A stretch of 63,408 nucleotides of DNA, the filler included, from Globobulimina sp. (Eukaryota): assembly GCA_003354225.1 (NCBI GenBank). It is 28 parts of 28 records of this genome, joined end to end, with 100 filler letters (N's around TTAATTAATTAA, not from the genome) between each part and the next. Parts side by side here need not be neighbours in the genome. Positions count along the whole stretch, not along the records: positions 22,694 to 24,861 come from PIVH01008464.1; positions 24,962 to 27,129 come from PIVH01008465.1; positions 27,230 to 29,397 come from PIVH01008466.1; positions 29,498 to 31,665 come from PIVH01008467.1; positions 31,766 to 33,933 come from PIVH01008468.1; positions 34,034 to 36,201 come from PIVH01008469.1; positions 36,302 to 38,469 come from PIVH01008470.1; 21 more parts are not named here. One strand, written 5' to 3'. Position numbers and translations under genes: made by a program. Position 1 is the first letter of the stretch, and each line of letters begins with the position of its first letter. Shown here in pieces: positions 22,874-36,590 of the stretch. The notes under the pieces are model-generated. The model was not told where the DNA came from and did not search any database. It saw nothing but the letters and a program-made list of their open reading frames with translations.

Positions 22874-24861
22874 TCAGTTTGTATTTGTAAATAGCCAATT
22901 TCCTTCAGTTTGTATTTGAAACAACCAATTAAACCTCGCAAATTTAGTTACATTTTGCTCAAATAAATTCTCAACAAAGTCAACATAATATTTATTATTT
23001 TCATCCCCAAACAATTGTATTTTATTTAATTTTTGCCCACAATTTATGTCATGATTTTTATCATTCAATATCTGTATTAATTGCAACAAGTTATTACACA
23101 AAAACACATTCAAATCTATATGGTTAATTTCAATATGTTCAACATTTGGAAATAACATGACTGTGTTTATAAAATTAAATGAATGTAATCCCTCTTTTTC
23201 AATTAAAAAATATTGGATTAATTCTTTAATTGTAATATGCTTTAAAAAGCTTTTAATATTCAATCTCAATTTGGTTTTATTTTCCCAATAATGATAACAT
23301 AGTTTCTGCCCAAATTCTAATTTCATAAAATCATTGACTCCGTCATTTTTCTTTATATATGACAATGTATTGCTAATTATCTGCGATAAATAGGTCTGAT
23401 AATTTATATTCTCCTCGTAATTGAAGGATAGTTTATGTCCAATGATCGCATCCATAATGTACATGGCATTGAAATATATCTCATTGTCATAATTATTGAT
23501 GATAATATTGCGGATTTCTAAATGCTGTGAAGGTCCTAATAATATCTCATTTTCATACGGATAATCTGACAACAATGACACGTCAAAATATAATGAGCCT
23601 AATCGCTTTGCGCCAATCACGACCATTATGTCATCATTTTTGCATTCCGAATCACAAAAAGTTATTTGGTCCGAAGTGAGCGAGTATGTACATTCAATAT
23701 AAAAACTTAAATCATTGATTAACAATTTCTGATAATTACCATTGAATTTACAAATAAATTCACAATTTGCTTCAATCGGATCACCAAAATTATCAATCAC
23801 TGAAAATAACATTTTACTGAAATGCCAAAACGATTCGCAATGCGATTTGCGTAATAATTCCATAGCGTTATCATTCAAATTATGACAATGCAAAGTGGAA
23901 CAAAACGCGCGTTGTAAGTCTATGAAATTTGTATAACACATAATGGCAATGATTTGTTGTAAATTTATTTTCTTCCCAAAGAAAATCACCATTTGCTGTC
24001 CAATGAATGTCCGTTGGAATATCTTTGCGCGATATGTAGTATCGGTATATTGATGAATGGATATACCACCAACCAATTTATTATTAATTAACTCGTCTTT
24101 CATAGCGGTGAAAGCCGGCGTAAACGTGCGATCTTTATAACTTATCAACACACCAAAGGATTCCCCATCGTATTCAAATAATTCACCACTGTCATTATTG
24201 CCGATATTCAGTGTAAATTTGTTAGTTTGGCTGCGATTTCGTTGCTTGATTTTAAATTCATTCATATTTTGCTGATCATATTGATTGGCATACATTAAAT
24301 ATGGTTCCTGCGACGAATGAAATATAAAACAATGCAACATGTCACATATTTGCAGCGTTATTATCTCATTGATCTCATACTCACTCAATCCATCATCAGC
24401 CGCCTCATCCGCATTGCCATTGATTTTGAACCATTCCCTCCGTTTTGATAACAACTTACATTGATTTTTAGGTCGATGATATCTGCTATAAATGGTACAA
24501 TGTCGCTTGTGTCCATGTCCATTGCCCGCGGCATCATACACACAATAATTCTCTTCAAAATGTGTGCGACAAAACTCGTACCAACGATTAAAATGTCCGT
24601 GATAGAAACGACAGTGATAAAAATCGTCAATCATACCATGTAAGTCAAATTGTAACTCGTTTCTGAGCACATAATACATGGATATGAACGCATTATTTCT
24701 CTCTGAAATGTCCCACAACGAATGTTGTCGGTCATACATTATGCTTTGATATATTTTCAATATCATTAACAATCTCTGTGTACAGTCACAACTTTCTATC
24801 TTTGCGCATAAAGTCATGCATTGCTCCACGATCTCATTATTGCCAATGGATTGATACGCAT
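22874..24861 (-). CDS. Family X protein (degenerate ART-like core), 5'-truncated
   Basis: DDFYHC..H, DMLHCFIFH, IIAIMCYTN, YFDVSLLSDYPYENEILL, LFPNVEHI and ARFNW. It lacks YHG and STS. Confidence 0.7.
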
Positions 24862-25367
24862 NNNNNNNNNNNNNNNNNNNNNNNNNNNNNNNNNNNNNNN
24901 NNNNNTTAATTAATTAANNNNNNNNNNNNNNNNNNNNNNNNNNNNNNNNNNNNNNNNNNNNAGAAAAATGTGAAAATCAAAGTAACTCGGAAAATGTGTC
25001 AAGATTGTCACGAATTCTTTTGCCAAGTGTCCAAATTTACAAAATATGATATATATAATATTCAATGCATTGATCCAAAAGGAATTCATAATTTTAAAAA
25101 TGGGATTTGTTATTTATGTCAACATTAAAAATGGCATATTATAAAATTCTGTTCTTTATTAATTAAAGCGACACATATTTAACATTATACTTTTTCATAG
25201 ATACATTGTCCTCAAACAAATTGCATGCTTAATTGGGATGCATATAATTATATCAAAACAAAAACATTGATATATATATGCCATCATATATATAATGTGA
25301 CACCACTATTTTTATTTGAGCTTCTCATTTAGCAAGAAAAAAAACATTAATCTTCAGTACTGCCTAA

Positions 25368-27129
25368 ATGACTTCACAAACACAAACTGCAGAAGCAGAA
25401 ATGTCTAACATTGGACAAGCCGGACAAGTTCCAAGCCAACCAGCTGCAGCCTCAAACATTGGCGATATCGGAAAATATGAATATGAATTTGAGTCAGAAT
25501 TAATTGGAAAACTAATAAAATTAAAAAAAATCGATTTCAATGAAAATGAAGGCACGAATACATTTGAAATACAATCAATCCAATCAGCCACAGAAACTTT
25601 ACCGGATTTGATAAATTCATCATCAAATAAATGGCTGCTTTCACAAGATGTTCAACGTAGTAAGGCACATTTTTGTGTAGCATTAATTGTAATAATATTA
25701 CAAATTATAGCGTATATTATATTAACTATATTTATAATATCATCGAGAAAGTTAGATATTGAAGAAAAAAAGGAAAATTGTTTTGGACCAAACTGTGAAA
25801 CCACAGAGCCGCATTGCATGCATATATTAGTAGGGGTTGTTACAATGTTGTTATTGATTGGGTTCTTATTGGCTGATTTTCTAAATACATTTGGCATACT
25901 CTTTGACTGTCGCAGCAACCGTCCACTCATTGGTGCCGTCCTCATTTTGACTGAATTATGTTAAGATTTATCGCTATATTTTTACATGTTTATCGCGCTA
26001 TATTTTACATGTTATCTTTTATTTTTATTTAGCGTTCGCAATGGTATGCGGTGTAGTTGTGGCTATTTATGCAGAATCTGAATTTGATGCAGTGAGTGGT
26101 GCTGTAGGAATTCTTTTTGTCCATGATTTGGATGAAAAGATTTTTTCAGCAATGAATGTAATTGGTATTAACTGGAAGAAATATGGAGCATTGTTGCTGT
26201 GGATATCGGTGGCATTAGTTATTGCTATGTCGTCTGCATGTAACTATAACAATGCTTCTTGGTTTGGTGGATTTAACTGCAAAGAGGGTCAACTTAAATG
26301 TGGTGATGGTACATGTATATGGTATGGGTATTTATGTAACGGAGAAGAAGATTGTAGTGGTGGTACCGATGAATTTGAATGTGATTATTCATTAATCGAC
26401 TGTCCGTCTGATATGTTTATGTGTAAAAGTACAGGTTCGTGTATCGATGACGCCAAACATTGCGATGGAATATTGGACTGTGCAGATGGCAGTGATGAGG
26501 ATCGTTCGCAAAATTGTGCAGAAAAAATAGCGGACATAGTATGCAACGATAATACAATTAATGGATCCCGTTTCCCTGCGTTTGACCTGAAATATTCTGA
26601 TAATGATTGGTATCAGTATGTAACAGAGGGACTGTTTAAATGCAACAATGGGCAGTGTATTGATGCCAAGTATATGTGTGATGGTGTACCGGGTGATTGC
26701 ATTGACGGTAGTGATGAATATCCGTATTTTGAAAAATTGACTGATTGGCCATTTCTAAAAAAATGTCCGTATTCAAAGCTAATTGAATGTGATATTGATA
26801 AAGTTTTATGCAAAATCAGTGGAATATGTGTATCAAAACTAAGATTATGTGATGGTTATCAAGATTGTGCAGACGGACAAGACGAGCTTGCATGTCCCAG
26901 TATTTTTGCAACTTCGTGGGCCGGCTGTCCACCCGGCGCCATGGGTGTCGACTATTTCTTATGTGGGTCGCCAATCGCATGGATTAATGGCACACATTTA
27001 CGCTCATTCGAAGATTATGGACAATCTCTTATTCCTTATGCTGATAAATTCCAGGCATTGAGTTATGTAGAAAATACTACTTCTGGTTTATGTTTGCCAT
27101 GGGAGTATAGATGTGATGGTATTGTTGAT
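25368..27129 (+). CDS. Multi-pass membrane protein with C-terminal LDL-receptor class A repeats, 3'-truncated; intron 25960-26032
   Basis: Several hydrophobic helices, then repeated C.DG..DC.DG.DE units. Splicing gives TEL|SFAMV. Confidence 0.85.
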
Positions 27130-27593
27130 NNNNNNNNNNNNNNNNNNNNNNNNNNNNNNNNNNNNNNNNNNNNTTAATTAATTAANNNNNNNNNNNNNNN
27201 NNNNNNNNNNNNNNNNNNNNNNNNNNNNNATAAATATAGAGTGCCTTTTTGTAATTTATTTAGCCTCAGTTGTTGTGCGATTTTTTTTTTAATTTTGATG
27301 AAAGCAAGTTATATTAATGGAACTTATCCAATTTGAAAGAAACTTTAATTAATTCCCAAACATTCTATCAACACTGAAGGCACAACTTGACCCAATGTGG
27401 TGATCGATCCCTGCGACAATTGAGCTAATTTTCATTGTGGTGGTCGGACTTCAACTTTTGGAGTGATTGATGAACTAAGCACAATTTCCATATTACAGGT
27501 TTAGTGATTATCCGCAGGAAGAAGAGAGACTGTTTTATGGACAGCACAATGAGTTGGAGATAAGCCTTAAATGGATTCAAATTAATAAAATTA

Positions 27594-29066
27594 TCAAGTT
27601 AACATCATTTCAGTCTGTTGTTCCGGTGGTTGGTATCCTCCACTTGATCCAACACAACACCATCCGCAACAATTATCCTTTCCAATTTTAGAATTCCTTG
27701 CATCGATAACATCTGCCATTTTAGCAACATATTGATCACTTGTAACATTCACAGCTGTTTCAATTCTATCCACCAACCAATCCAATACAAATAAAGTCGC
27801 AATCCCTTCGCCTGCATATTCTCCAATGCCCGCCGCTTCAAACAACATTGTTAAATATACCATTCCCACATTAGGAATTGGTGCAGTACCAATTGAAATA
27901 ATCACAGACAGCACGCAAACAACAATGATTTTGCTAAAATCCAACGATATTCCATTCAACTGGGCAATCAAAGCAATCATAATTGGAAAACCAAGAGCAG
28001 TGCCGTCCATATTTATAGCCGCCCCCAATGGAATTATAAAAGAATAAACCTCCTCTCGAATACCAGCTTGTTCCGCAACCTGTAAAGAGCGTGGCAATGT
28101 AGCCGCAGATGACGAGGTAGCAAATGCTAGCAATGGAGCTGGGAAAATTTGAACATAAAATTTATAAGGATTCAGCCGTGTGGTCAACCAAAATAATACT
28201 GGATAAAAGACAAATGTATGTATACTATGACCAACCACCACACACAATAAATAAAAACCTAATGCTGACAGCAAACGTAATAAATCCACAGTGCCTGCTA
28301 TTTTCAATGTGATTAACGATAACATTCCAATCGGTGTAAACCTGACAGAAACACAATTATTTAATACTTTTATTGCGTAAACAGTTATAAGTCACACACC
28401 ATACAATCCAGACAATTGCCAACATACAGCACCTCAAAATGGCATTGGACGCTAATAACACAGTATTACGCTCATCCTTTTTAATGTTTTTATGCCTGAG
28501 TAATATTCCAATGCCTAAGAAGAACACAATGACGCCCAACACAGTTAAATCAGCCATCGCTTTTATTATATTTGGTGGTACGGCATTGTACAACACACCA
28601 AATATAGCATCCGTGATTAATATGTCGCCGCTTCCGGAGCCTGCAGTGCCAATGAAATCCGTCCCCTGGCCCTGTTTGCCGAGATTGCCAGGTTGAATGA
28701 CCCAGGCCCTTTGTTGTGGTATTCAGTTATTTGAATGCAGTATAAATTGATTCCAAAATGATTCGTGTTGTCTTTACAAATAACATACCATATTGTTCCC
28801 TGTATAGCAGCGCAAGTAGATGTTAATAAGTATAATGGAATTGCAATTTTTCCAATAGGTCCAATGTTATCCACCCTCGAAGGCAATACTAACATCATCA
28901 TGGTCACAAGCGGTAATACTAATAATTTCAGTGCAGAGATCCATAATTTACCAGGGAACTCGACCACTGCCAAAGCGTATTTGTTTAAATGTGAATATGG
29001 CTGTTCTTTTGTGATGTTTCTTTCCTCTGTGTAATACAGAACAAATTCGCCATTTATTATCTTCAT
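27594..29066 (-). CDS. SLC1 dicarboxylate/amino acid:cation symporter; introns 28709-28788 and 28342-28399; N-terminus probably missing
   Basis: FPGKLWISALKLLVLPL, AFATSSSAATLP, AINMDGTAL and DWLVDRIETAVNVTSD. Confidence 0.9.
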
Positions 29067-29073
29067 ATCATAG

Positions 29074-29397
29074 TTTAGAAAGCAAAGCGGATGTTACTGA
29101 ATTAGCCGGCGAGTTGGGATTAAAAATTATGAAACGAAAGAAATTTATCAATGCTGTCTGTGCATTAATTGATGCTCCATCAAATGCTACAGGTTATAAA
29201 TAACAGATTATATAATCCACTTACTTTCCTAACATATTTTGCAATCACTAGAAGGGAAAACCGACGATGACGAGCAAAAATATACTATTGCTAAACCAGC
29301 AAAAAAAGCACCAAAGAAAGCACCAAAAAATATGCAAAAAAAGAAGGTATCATTGGTATTTGTTGGAGAAACAGGTGTTGGTAAAACAACGTTATTA
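29074..29397 (+). CDS. Fragment of a SAM-like plus P-loop GTPase gene (probable intron ~29193-29252)
   Basis: LESKADVTELAGELGLKIMKRKKFINAV (SAM-like helix), then LVFVGETGVGKTTLL (Walker A). Confidence 0.55.
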
Positions 29398-29497
29398 NNN
29401 NNNNNNNNNNNNNNNNNNNNNNNNNNNNNNNNNNNNNNNNNTTAATTAATTAANNNNNNNNNNNNNNNNNNNNNNNNNNNNNNNNNNNNNNNNNNNN

Positions 29498-31624
29498 GAA
29501 ATTGATAACAATTCAAAGGATTTAATAATAATTAATAATTTATTACGTTTGTGTTGTTTAAGTAAAGAGCCAGATAAAGCATTAAAAGTATGGCAAGATA
29601 TTAAAAAGTATGAAAAAGAAAAGAAACACTTTAATGATTTTGTGACATCACATTTTTTATTATTACAATGTTGCATAAAATCACGCAAACATAACATGGA
29701 TATGTATTGTATTGATATTTTAAAATATTTAGTATCAAAAACGAGAAAAATGGAATTGAAATTACATGGAAATATTATAAATAAATTAATTAAGAAATGC
29801 AATAATAATTTATCCTCATTACAATATATACATTCATTAATTGATAATAAATATTTTATTGGTGACATGGATATAATTAAAACAGCATTGATCAATGCGT
29901 ATGGTGACTGTTCAGATTGTTTGGATTGTCTTGCTTCAATTTCATTATTTGAATCGATAAATAATTCAAATGATATTATAACAATTGGCTGTATGATGAA
30001 GCTGTTTGTTAAGAATCTATGCTATAAACAAGCATTACAATTATATGATAAAACAAATGACAATAATAATAACAATGCCATTACAAATGTGTTAGCGCTT
30101 AAAGCATGTAAAGGTATTGGTATTACATATTATGATAAAGGTATTCAAATTATACAAGAAAGTTTAATAAAATATCCATTTGATATGTTTATAAAAACAT
30201 CAATTATCGATTTTTATGGGACATTTGATGATATGGAAAATTGTAAAAAAATATTTAAGAGTATTCCTGACAATAAAAAAACAATAGCAATTATTAATTG
30301 CTATTTGAATGTCTTGATTGATCACAATGAGAATGAATATGCATTAGAGATCTATGATAAGTATGCATTGCATTTACATAATGGAATAACAGATCTTTTG
30401 ACAATAAAAGCTTGTAAGAACAGTAATAATTTGGAAAAAGGAGTTAAAATTCATTCACAGTGTGGTAATATTAAAAAGAATATTAAATTAATGAATGGAC
30501 TGATAGATTTTTATGGACATTTTGGTTTAATATGTAAAGCATATTTGATATTTGATTCAATTTCAGATGCAATGAGAGATAATGTATGCATTAGTACAAT
30601 GATGAATGTGTGTATTAATAACAACGAATGTAATGATGCAGTGCGTATATATAAATACAATCAATATTGTAATTCTAATTTGATTGATTCGTTATGTCAT
30701 TTATTCGCAATCAAAGCATGCAGCCATGGTCATTGTGGTGATTATAAAACAGGGCATGATATTATTCAATCCATTAATAATAATAATAATAATATTGATT
30801 TAGTCAATACAATAATACATTTTTATGGCAGTTTTAATGAAATAAAGAAAGCACACGAATGTTTTAAAGCGATTGCAAACAATTTTAAAAATGTGCAAAC
30901 AATTACAGTGATGATGGAAGCATTTTGTAAAAGTGATTGTAATATTGAATGTATCCAACTATTTAATAATATAAATAGAGATTATGCGCAATTTAATAGT
31001 AGATTTTCGGAGAATGTATGGTGTAATATCGCTATTAAAGCATGTACACACGGTACAATGTTGTATGTTGGACAGGAAATACATTCAAATATAACAGAAT
31101 TGCATGCTTATGATATCGATAAAAGTGTACAAATTAACCTAATTAACATGTATGCTAAATGTGGTCGATTAGATATTGCAGAAAATATATTTAACGATAT
31201 CGACATAAATAATAAGGATGTTGAGATTTACAATGCAATGATTCATGGATACGGCAGAAATGGTCAATTAACAAAAGCAATGAAATTATTTGAAAATAAA
31301 TTATTTGAACCAGACAGGAAAACATTTATATTAATTATTAATGCATGTAGCCACTGTGGTGATTATGAGCAAGCAAAATATATTTGGGATGTACTAATTT
31401 GCGATGAAGACATTAAAAAAGATATTTATGTAATGACTGCTTTTATTGATTGTATTTCAAGGAAAGGTCACTTAAAGGAAGCTAAACAAATTATCATTAA
31501 TAATAATTTAAATGAAGAGGTTGCTTGGACTGCTTTGTTAAGTGGATGCACAAAACATAACAATCAAATGACAACTCAAGTATTGGATGAAATGAATCAA
31601 CGATTTAGAGCAAATGTAACATGA
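29498..31624 (+). CDS. Pentatricopeptide repeat (PPR) protein, 5'-truncated
   Basis: Repeats such as LINMYAKCGRLDIAENIF, YNAMIHGYGRNG, TFILIINACSHCG and WTALLSGC. Confidence 0.9.
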   Translation, partial: EIDNNSKDLIIINNLLRLCCLSKEPDKALKVWQDIKKYEKEKKHFNDFVTSHFLLLQCCIKSRKHNMDMYCIDILKYLVSKTRKMELKLHGNIINKLIKKCNNNLSSLQYIHSLIDNKYFIGDMDIIKTALINAYGDCSDCLDCLASISLFESINNSNDIITIGCMMKLFVKNLCYKQALQLYDKTNDNNNNNAITNVLALKACKGIGITYYDKGIQIIQESLIKYPFDMFIKTSIIDFYGTFDDMENCKKIFKSIPDNKKTIAIINCYLNVLIDHNENEYALEIYDKYALHLHNGITDLLTIKACKNSNNLEKGVKIHSQCGNIKKNIKLMNGLIDFYGHFGLICKAYLIFDSISDAMRDNVCISTMMNVCINNNECNDAVRIYKYNQYCNSNLIDSLCHLFAIKACSHGHCGDYKTGHDIIQSINNNNNNIDLVNTIIHFYGSFNEIKKAHECFKAIANNFKNVQTITVMMEAFCKSDCNIECIQLFNNINRDYAQFNSRFSENVWCNIAIKACTHGTMLYVGQEIHSNITELHAYDIDKSVQINLINMYAKCGRLDIAENIFNDIDINNKDVEIYNAMIHGYGRNGQLTKAMKLFENKLFEPDRKTFILIINACSHCGDYEQAKYIWDVLICDEDIKKDIYVMTAFIDCISRKGHLKEAKQIIINNNLNEEVAWTALLSGCTKHNNQMTTQVLDEMNQRFRANVT

Positions 31625-31765
31625 CCTGCAAGTAAGGTTAAACAACATATTCCAAAAGATAACCCNNNNNNNNNNNNNNNNNNNNNNNNNNNNNNNNNNN
31701 NNNNNNNNNTTAATTAATTAANNNNNNNNNNNNNNNNNNNNNNNNNNNNNNNNNNNNNNNNNNNN

Positions 31766-32581
31766 GGGTTCCACTTGTAATTGCCTGGCGACTTCCGACT
31801 TTATTCTTTCCTGTTGCTGATAATTACCGCTATGTAACACCTGTTTTATTTGGTTGTATTGGGGATAGGCAAAGGCTATGCGATCGCTGTTTTGCAAGTA
31901 TGTGCCCATCCATATTATGAACCATATTAAACCAATCGAGGCTAAGACACAAATAATTCTTATTGTGGTCCTCCATGAGAACTCTAAATATAATAAGTAT
32001 CCAATGATTGCTTTGCTGTAAGCAGATCCTAATCGCGATGATATACCCAAACAGGCAAAGGCACAGCAAAATTGTGCTGGACTAAATATTTCATAGATAA
32101 GTTTGCTTAATGCTGGCCATAGCCCGGCCTGCACGAAGGCATTGACACATAGTATGGTACTGAAATGAGAGAAGTCATCGAGGAATGTAAATATTGTCAC
32201 TCCTAAAACAGTCACAATTTGAAATAACACAAAACATTTTATTGGTCCCCATCTATCGATAAATATGCCATCTAACAATTTGCCGACTGAATATCCTAAA
32301 CCTGCAATTACATACATGTCCCCTGCCAGCTTATTATTCGTTAAATTCAACCTTTCATCATTTTTTAAAGCTGGAAAAATGGACGATAAAAACTGTCGCA
32401 ATGGCACAGCTGTTACGTATGTTGAGCAGATTGCAAACAATAATAACTTCTGTCGGGATGTTAAATTTGATGAGCCCAACCTTTTACGATCAATATCTTT
32501 TGATACTCGTGCGTTTGAACTCACCGCGCTTGAGGCAGCAGTCTTCATTAAAAAAGATGCCATTGTCTCAGGCCGTCTCAA
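31766..32581 (-). CDS. MFS transporter (OPA/GlpT-like), N-terminal half
   Basis: YSVGKLLDGIFIDRWGP (motif A), NAFVQAGLWPA and SSRLGS. Confidence 0.8.
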
Positions 32582-32726
32582 CGATATGTAATATTTAAAA
32601 AAATAAGCCCCCCTCCCCTAGATAAGTTGTGCATTTCATTCAGATACAGAGTACAGACATATTATCCCCAAAAAAACAATACATAAAAATATGTGATTAA
32701 ATAAACCAAAAAATGAACACATCAAA

Positions 32727-33933
32727 TCATGTGAATATAAGGTCTCTAATCCATTCAAACGAATCAGAAATAGATTGCAAATTCCGTTTTAATGTTATAT
32801 TTTGTTCAAGTCTTTTCAGAATCTCTTCTTTCGGTAAATTCTTCATTTTTAATAATAATGACAGAGAATGTAACTGTTTAGCACAATTTGCAAAATTCAT
32901 CAAATTATTTTCAAAACAACTCAATAACAATGACGCCTCTTCATCAATTTCGAACTCATTGTTTTCATTATCATTTTTATTTGTTGTTAATTTTATCTTT
33001 TCTTCAGATTCATCATTGCTTTTTTTTAGAACTTTATTTGCATCAATTTCTATTTTAAGTTGTATTGGAAATGTATTTGAACATAATTCCTTTTCTTGAT
33101 TCTCATTATCATTCTCATTCTCATCATTGTTAACTATAATTTTTAAATCGATTATATTCTTTGTATCAAATAACACTGGATTGCTTTCCAATATTTTCAT
33201 TTGTTTCAATATTTCACTCATTCCATCTTTTGAACTATTAACGTTTTTTAATTCTATACTCTGCAATGATGGTATTTCTATGCTTGATGTTACTGATACA
33301 TCGATCAAATATTCCATGATATCATTTTCATCCTTTTTCCATGCTTTTTGTTCAATAAATAATGGTTCATCTATAACATTTTTGCATTTGATTTCGTTGG
33401 ATGTTTTTTCTTTTTCTTTTTCTTTTTTATTGGAGTCAGAGTGTGCGGAGTCAGAGTGCACAGAGTGCACGGAGTCAGAGTGTACGGCGTCAGAGTGGTC
33501 GAAAGAGATATCCTCAAATTCCAAGCCATCATGACCAGGTAATTGCAATTGTATTTGTTTTAACTCATTAAATGAATCTAAGATGATTGAATGAGTTTGA
33601 TTTAATTCACCTTGTCGTTGTTTGATTGCATTCTTTATTTTTGTGGGTAATATCCATTTTGCAATGAGTCCGTCATTGGAGAGTGTTATTAATGAATTCA
33701 AATCAAAACAGAATATCATATCGATAATGGACGACACATGGAACAGTCCCGCATAAATTATGCGTCCTGAAAACCAATCAATAAAATAAATATTATTATC
33801 ACAACAACTGGCAACCAAATATAAACCGGACGAATCAAACATTATTTTATTTGCAATGTGTGGCAATTCATAGGTTCGTGACAAACATCGCTGTTCTATA
33901 TTCCACACAGTTATCTTATTGCTCTTTTCTGAA
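32727..33933 (-). CDS. WD40 protein C-terminus (MAPKBP1/WDR62-like)
   Basis: FDSSGLYLVASCCDNNIYFIDWFSG...LITLSNDGLIAKW.LP, followed by a low-complexity tail. Confidence 0.65.
33432..33498. repeat. Coding minisatellite (GGAGTCAGAGTG(C/T)AC-like units)
   Basis: Encodes HSDAVHSDSVHSVHSDSAHSDS on the minus strand. Confidence 0.75.
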
Positions 33934-34033
33934 NNNNNNNNNNNNNNNNNNNNNNNNNNNNNNNNNNNNNNNNNNNNTTAATTAATTAANNNNNNNNNNN
34001 NNNNNNNNNNNNNNNNNNNNNNNNNNNNNNNNN

Positions 34034-34551
34034 TCTAAATGAAATAAATAAAAATGAATGGTTGAAAATAGGTTAATATAAAAATTATTCTCTGTTTCTC
34101 TTTCAATTCGAAAATGCCTTTGCGTCCATTTACAATCATTTAAACCCGAAACACATTTATTATTATTCTCAAAATTATAATTTTCTATTAAATCCATACT
34201 AATCCGACTTAAATCTCGTGATGACGAATGCGCACAAATTAAATGAATATAATCTGATAAACAAAAGGCATACAATTTGTCTATAAACTCAATGAAAATA
34301 TTATTTCTATCCTTGTTTCCTAATAATAATTCATAATATTTTAAGCCATATGCTATGCGATACAAACTGCTGCAATTCGCAATAATTTCTGTCTCATTCC
34401 CAGTGTTACAGTCTTGTTTATTCTCTAAAAAAATGGCAAAATCAATGCTATCAATTGCTTTCTTTATTGATTGTGATGGATTTTCTTTTGTATCATCCCC
34501 ACAATTACTTAATTGTGATGATTGTTTGGATGCACTTTTCTTATTCTCCAT
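34034..34551 (-). CDS. N-terminus of a protein carrying the Family X His/Cys module
   Basis: CSSLYRIAYGLKYY...SDYIHLICAH...CKWTQRHFR...STIHFYLFH. Confidence 0.65.
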
Positions 34552-34675
34552 TTATGTGTTGACTATTTGCGCGAATTTGCGTCAAAACAAGGCAGTGCTT
34601 TTTGTTCGGATGCTTTATAATAACAAGTTTTGCTCAAAGTTAAAATGAAGTGTGAAGTTGTTGCATTTTTTAACC

Positions 34676-35421
34676 ATGTCTTCCTTCTCACTAATCACAA
34701 TCCTTATATTCGCCACTATTATAACCTTCTGTGTTTGTAAGCATGTCATCCTTCCCTGGTGCAGGACAGCCAGACGAAGAGAACTTTTATCAAAAAAGAA
34801 ATACAAAAAAGTTTCGCAATATCAACCCATCCCATATATGCATTAAAAACCATTTAACAGTTAACTGCAAATCCGAGCCAATCTGTAGTAACAACATACG
34901 ATGATGATGACGATATAAATATCGATGCAGAAAACCAAACGATGCTCAAAGTTATATAATTACATCCATTTATATACAATTTAACAATATATACAAATAA
35001 TTTTAACTAATTTAAGCGTGTTGAATATTCAAGCCGTGAGTTGGAACAATTGAAATTATTGGATGCAGCCATTGACGATGAGGATGATATTTTAGATTCA
35101 GACTCATTGCATTTCCCAGAAAATGATAATATGGAATTAACGGACGAATACGTATCAGTGGAGGAGGCAAACAGTGTCATTTTAAATATTAAGCAAAATG
35201 CACATGAAATTGCTGCAAATCAAGCACAAAAAAGTATATTTGAGAATGATACCGATCGCGAGGATGACCATATTGATAAATTGGTTCTTGTTACAAAACA
35301 ATTAAATGTGAATTCAAACACGATATCGAATGCAAATAATAATGGAGAAAAGAACAATGCGAATAAAAATAACACAAAAACTGTGAGCAATGATAAGACT
35401 GCAATCAACAAAAAGGATTAA
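34676..35421 (+). CDS. Single-pass membrane protein with an acidic tail; introns 34811-34860 and 34951-35016
   Basis: N-terminal hydrophobic anchor. Two GT-AG introns join three exons in frame. Confidence 0.7.
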
Positions 35422-35691
35422 AATTCGTCATATCGATCCAACATATGACTGCTTATCTTTTTTTTGTTGTTGTTGCTGTTAATTACTAGTTTGTTGTGAT
35501 ATTTATAGTATTAAACAACGTCATTTTTTTGAGTTCTTTTTATTATTTGCCTCCTTGCACAACAACACAAAAAGAAACAAATCTTAAGTCGGCAACACGT
35601 GATTTTATGAGGCCGAGTCTGCATTTTCCGATATCATTAAATTCAAAATATTTTGGATCGATGAATAATTAGAATAATTTTGCGACAGTGT

Positions 35692-36201
35692 TTAGTTTTG
35701 AACAAGTTTTTTGAGTGAGTCATGTAGCGATTTGGCACTCCATTTGGATAATGTACAAACACAGAGTGTTGAATCAAAGCAGTTAATGGTTATATTGTTA
35801 TTTGTATTTTGCATTGTAATTTCATGGGATAATATATCAATTAATTTGGTGTTGAATATGATTTCATCATTCATTGTTTTTAGACTCATATCAGTAGCCA
35901 ATCGAGATCCCTTTGATTTTTCGGTTGCAGTTATATCGAATATTATTGGTTGTGGGTAATATATTTGCAATGCTTTGTTGGTTAATCTTAGTTTTGCAGC
36001 TATTCCAGTTTTATAATTTTTGGCTGGAAATTGTTGATTGATGTTGCTTGCGTTTGTAATATAAATTATGGATTTGCTATTCAATGTTTTCGATAATATT
36101 TGTTCCTCAATTTCATTGTCATCCTTTGACCCAATTGTTTGTACATACGTCTCATCTTTAAAAGTGTGTATTAATTCGCCAATCAACAAAAAACAAGCAT
36201 T
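35692..36201 (-). CDS. Hypothetical protein, 3' part
   Basis: Open frame of at least 165 aa from the contig edge to TAA. Confidence 0.55.
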   Translation of the reverse strand, partial: NACFLLIGELIHTFKDETYVQTIGSKDDNEIEEQILSKTLNSKSIIYITNASNINQQFPAKNYKTGIAAKLRLTNKALQIYYPQPIIFDITATEKSKGSRLATDMSLKTMNDEIIFNTKLIDILSHEITMQNTNNNITINCFDSTLCVCTLSKWSAKSLHDSLKKLVQN

Positions 36202-36590
36202 NNNNNNNNNNNNNNNNNNNNNNNNNNNNNNNNNNNNNNNNNNNNTTAATTAATTAANNNNNNNNNNNNNNNNNNNNNNNNNNNNNNNNNNNNNNNNNNN
36301 NTATGTTGTCAAAGGGTTAAATGTTGAGAAAAACAGAAATCCAAGTTTTCACTATCTTTTTGTTCAGAGTACAATTAACATCGAGAGGAAGCGTATTAAA
36401 ACATAAATTTAATTAAAAGTAATACTGTACTAATACAGTAATCAAACACACCAATAAAGCTATAAAAATAGGAAAAAAAAAAAATTTGTATTTAACACAC
36501 TAATATTCTAATAAAACTATAAAGGATTTGTATTTAACATATTATACTTGATATACAACAATGTTATACACATACAGTAAAAAATAAAAT

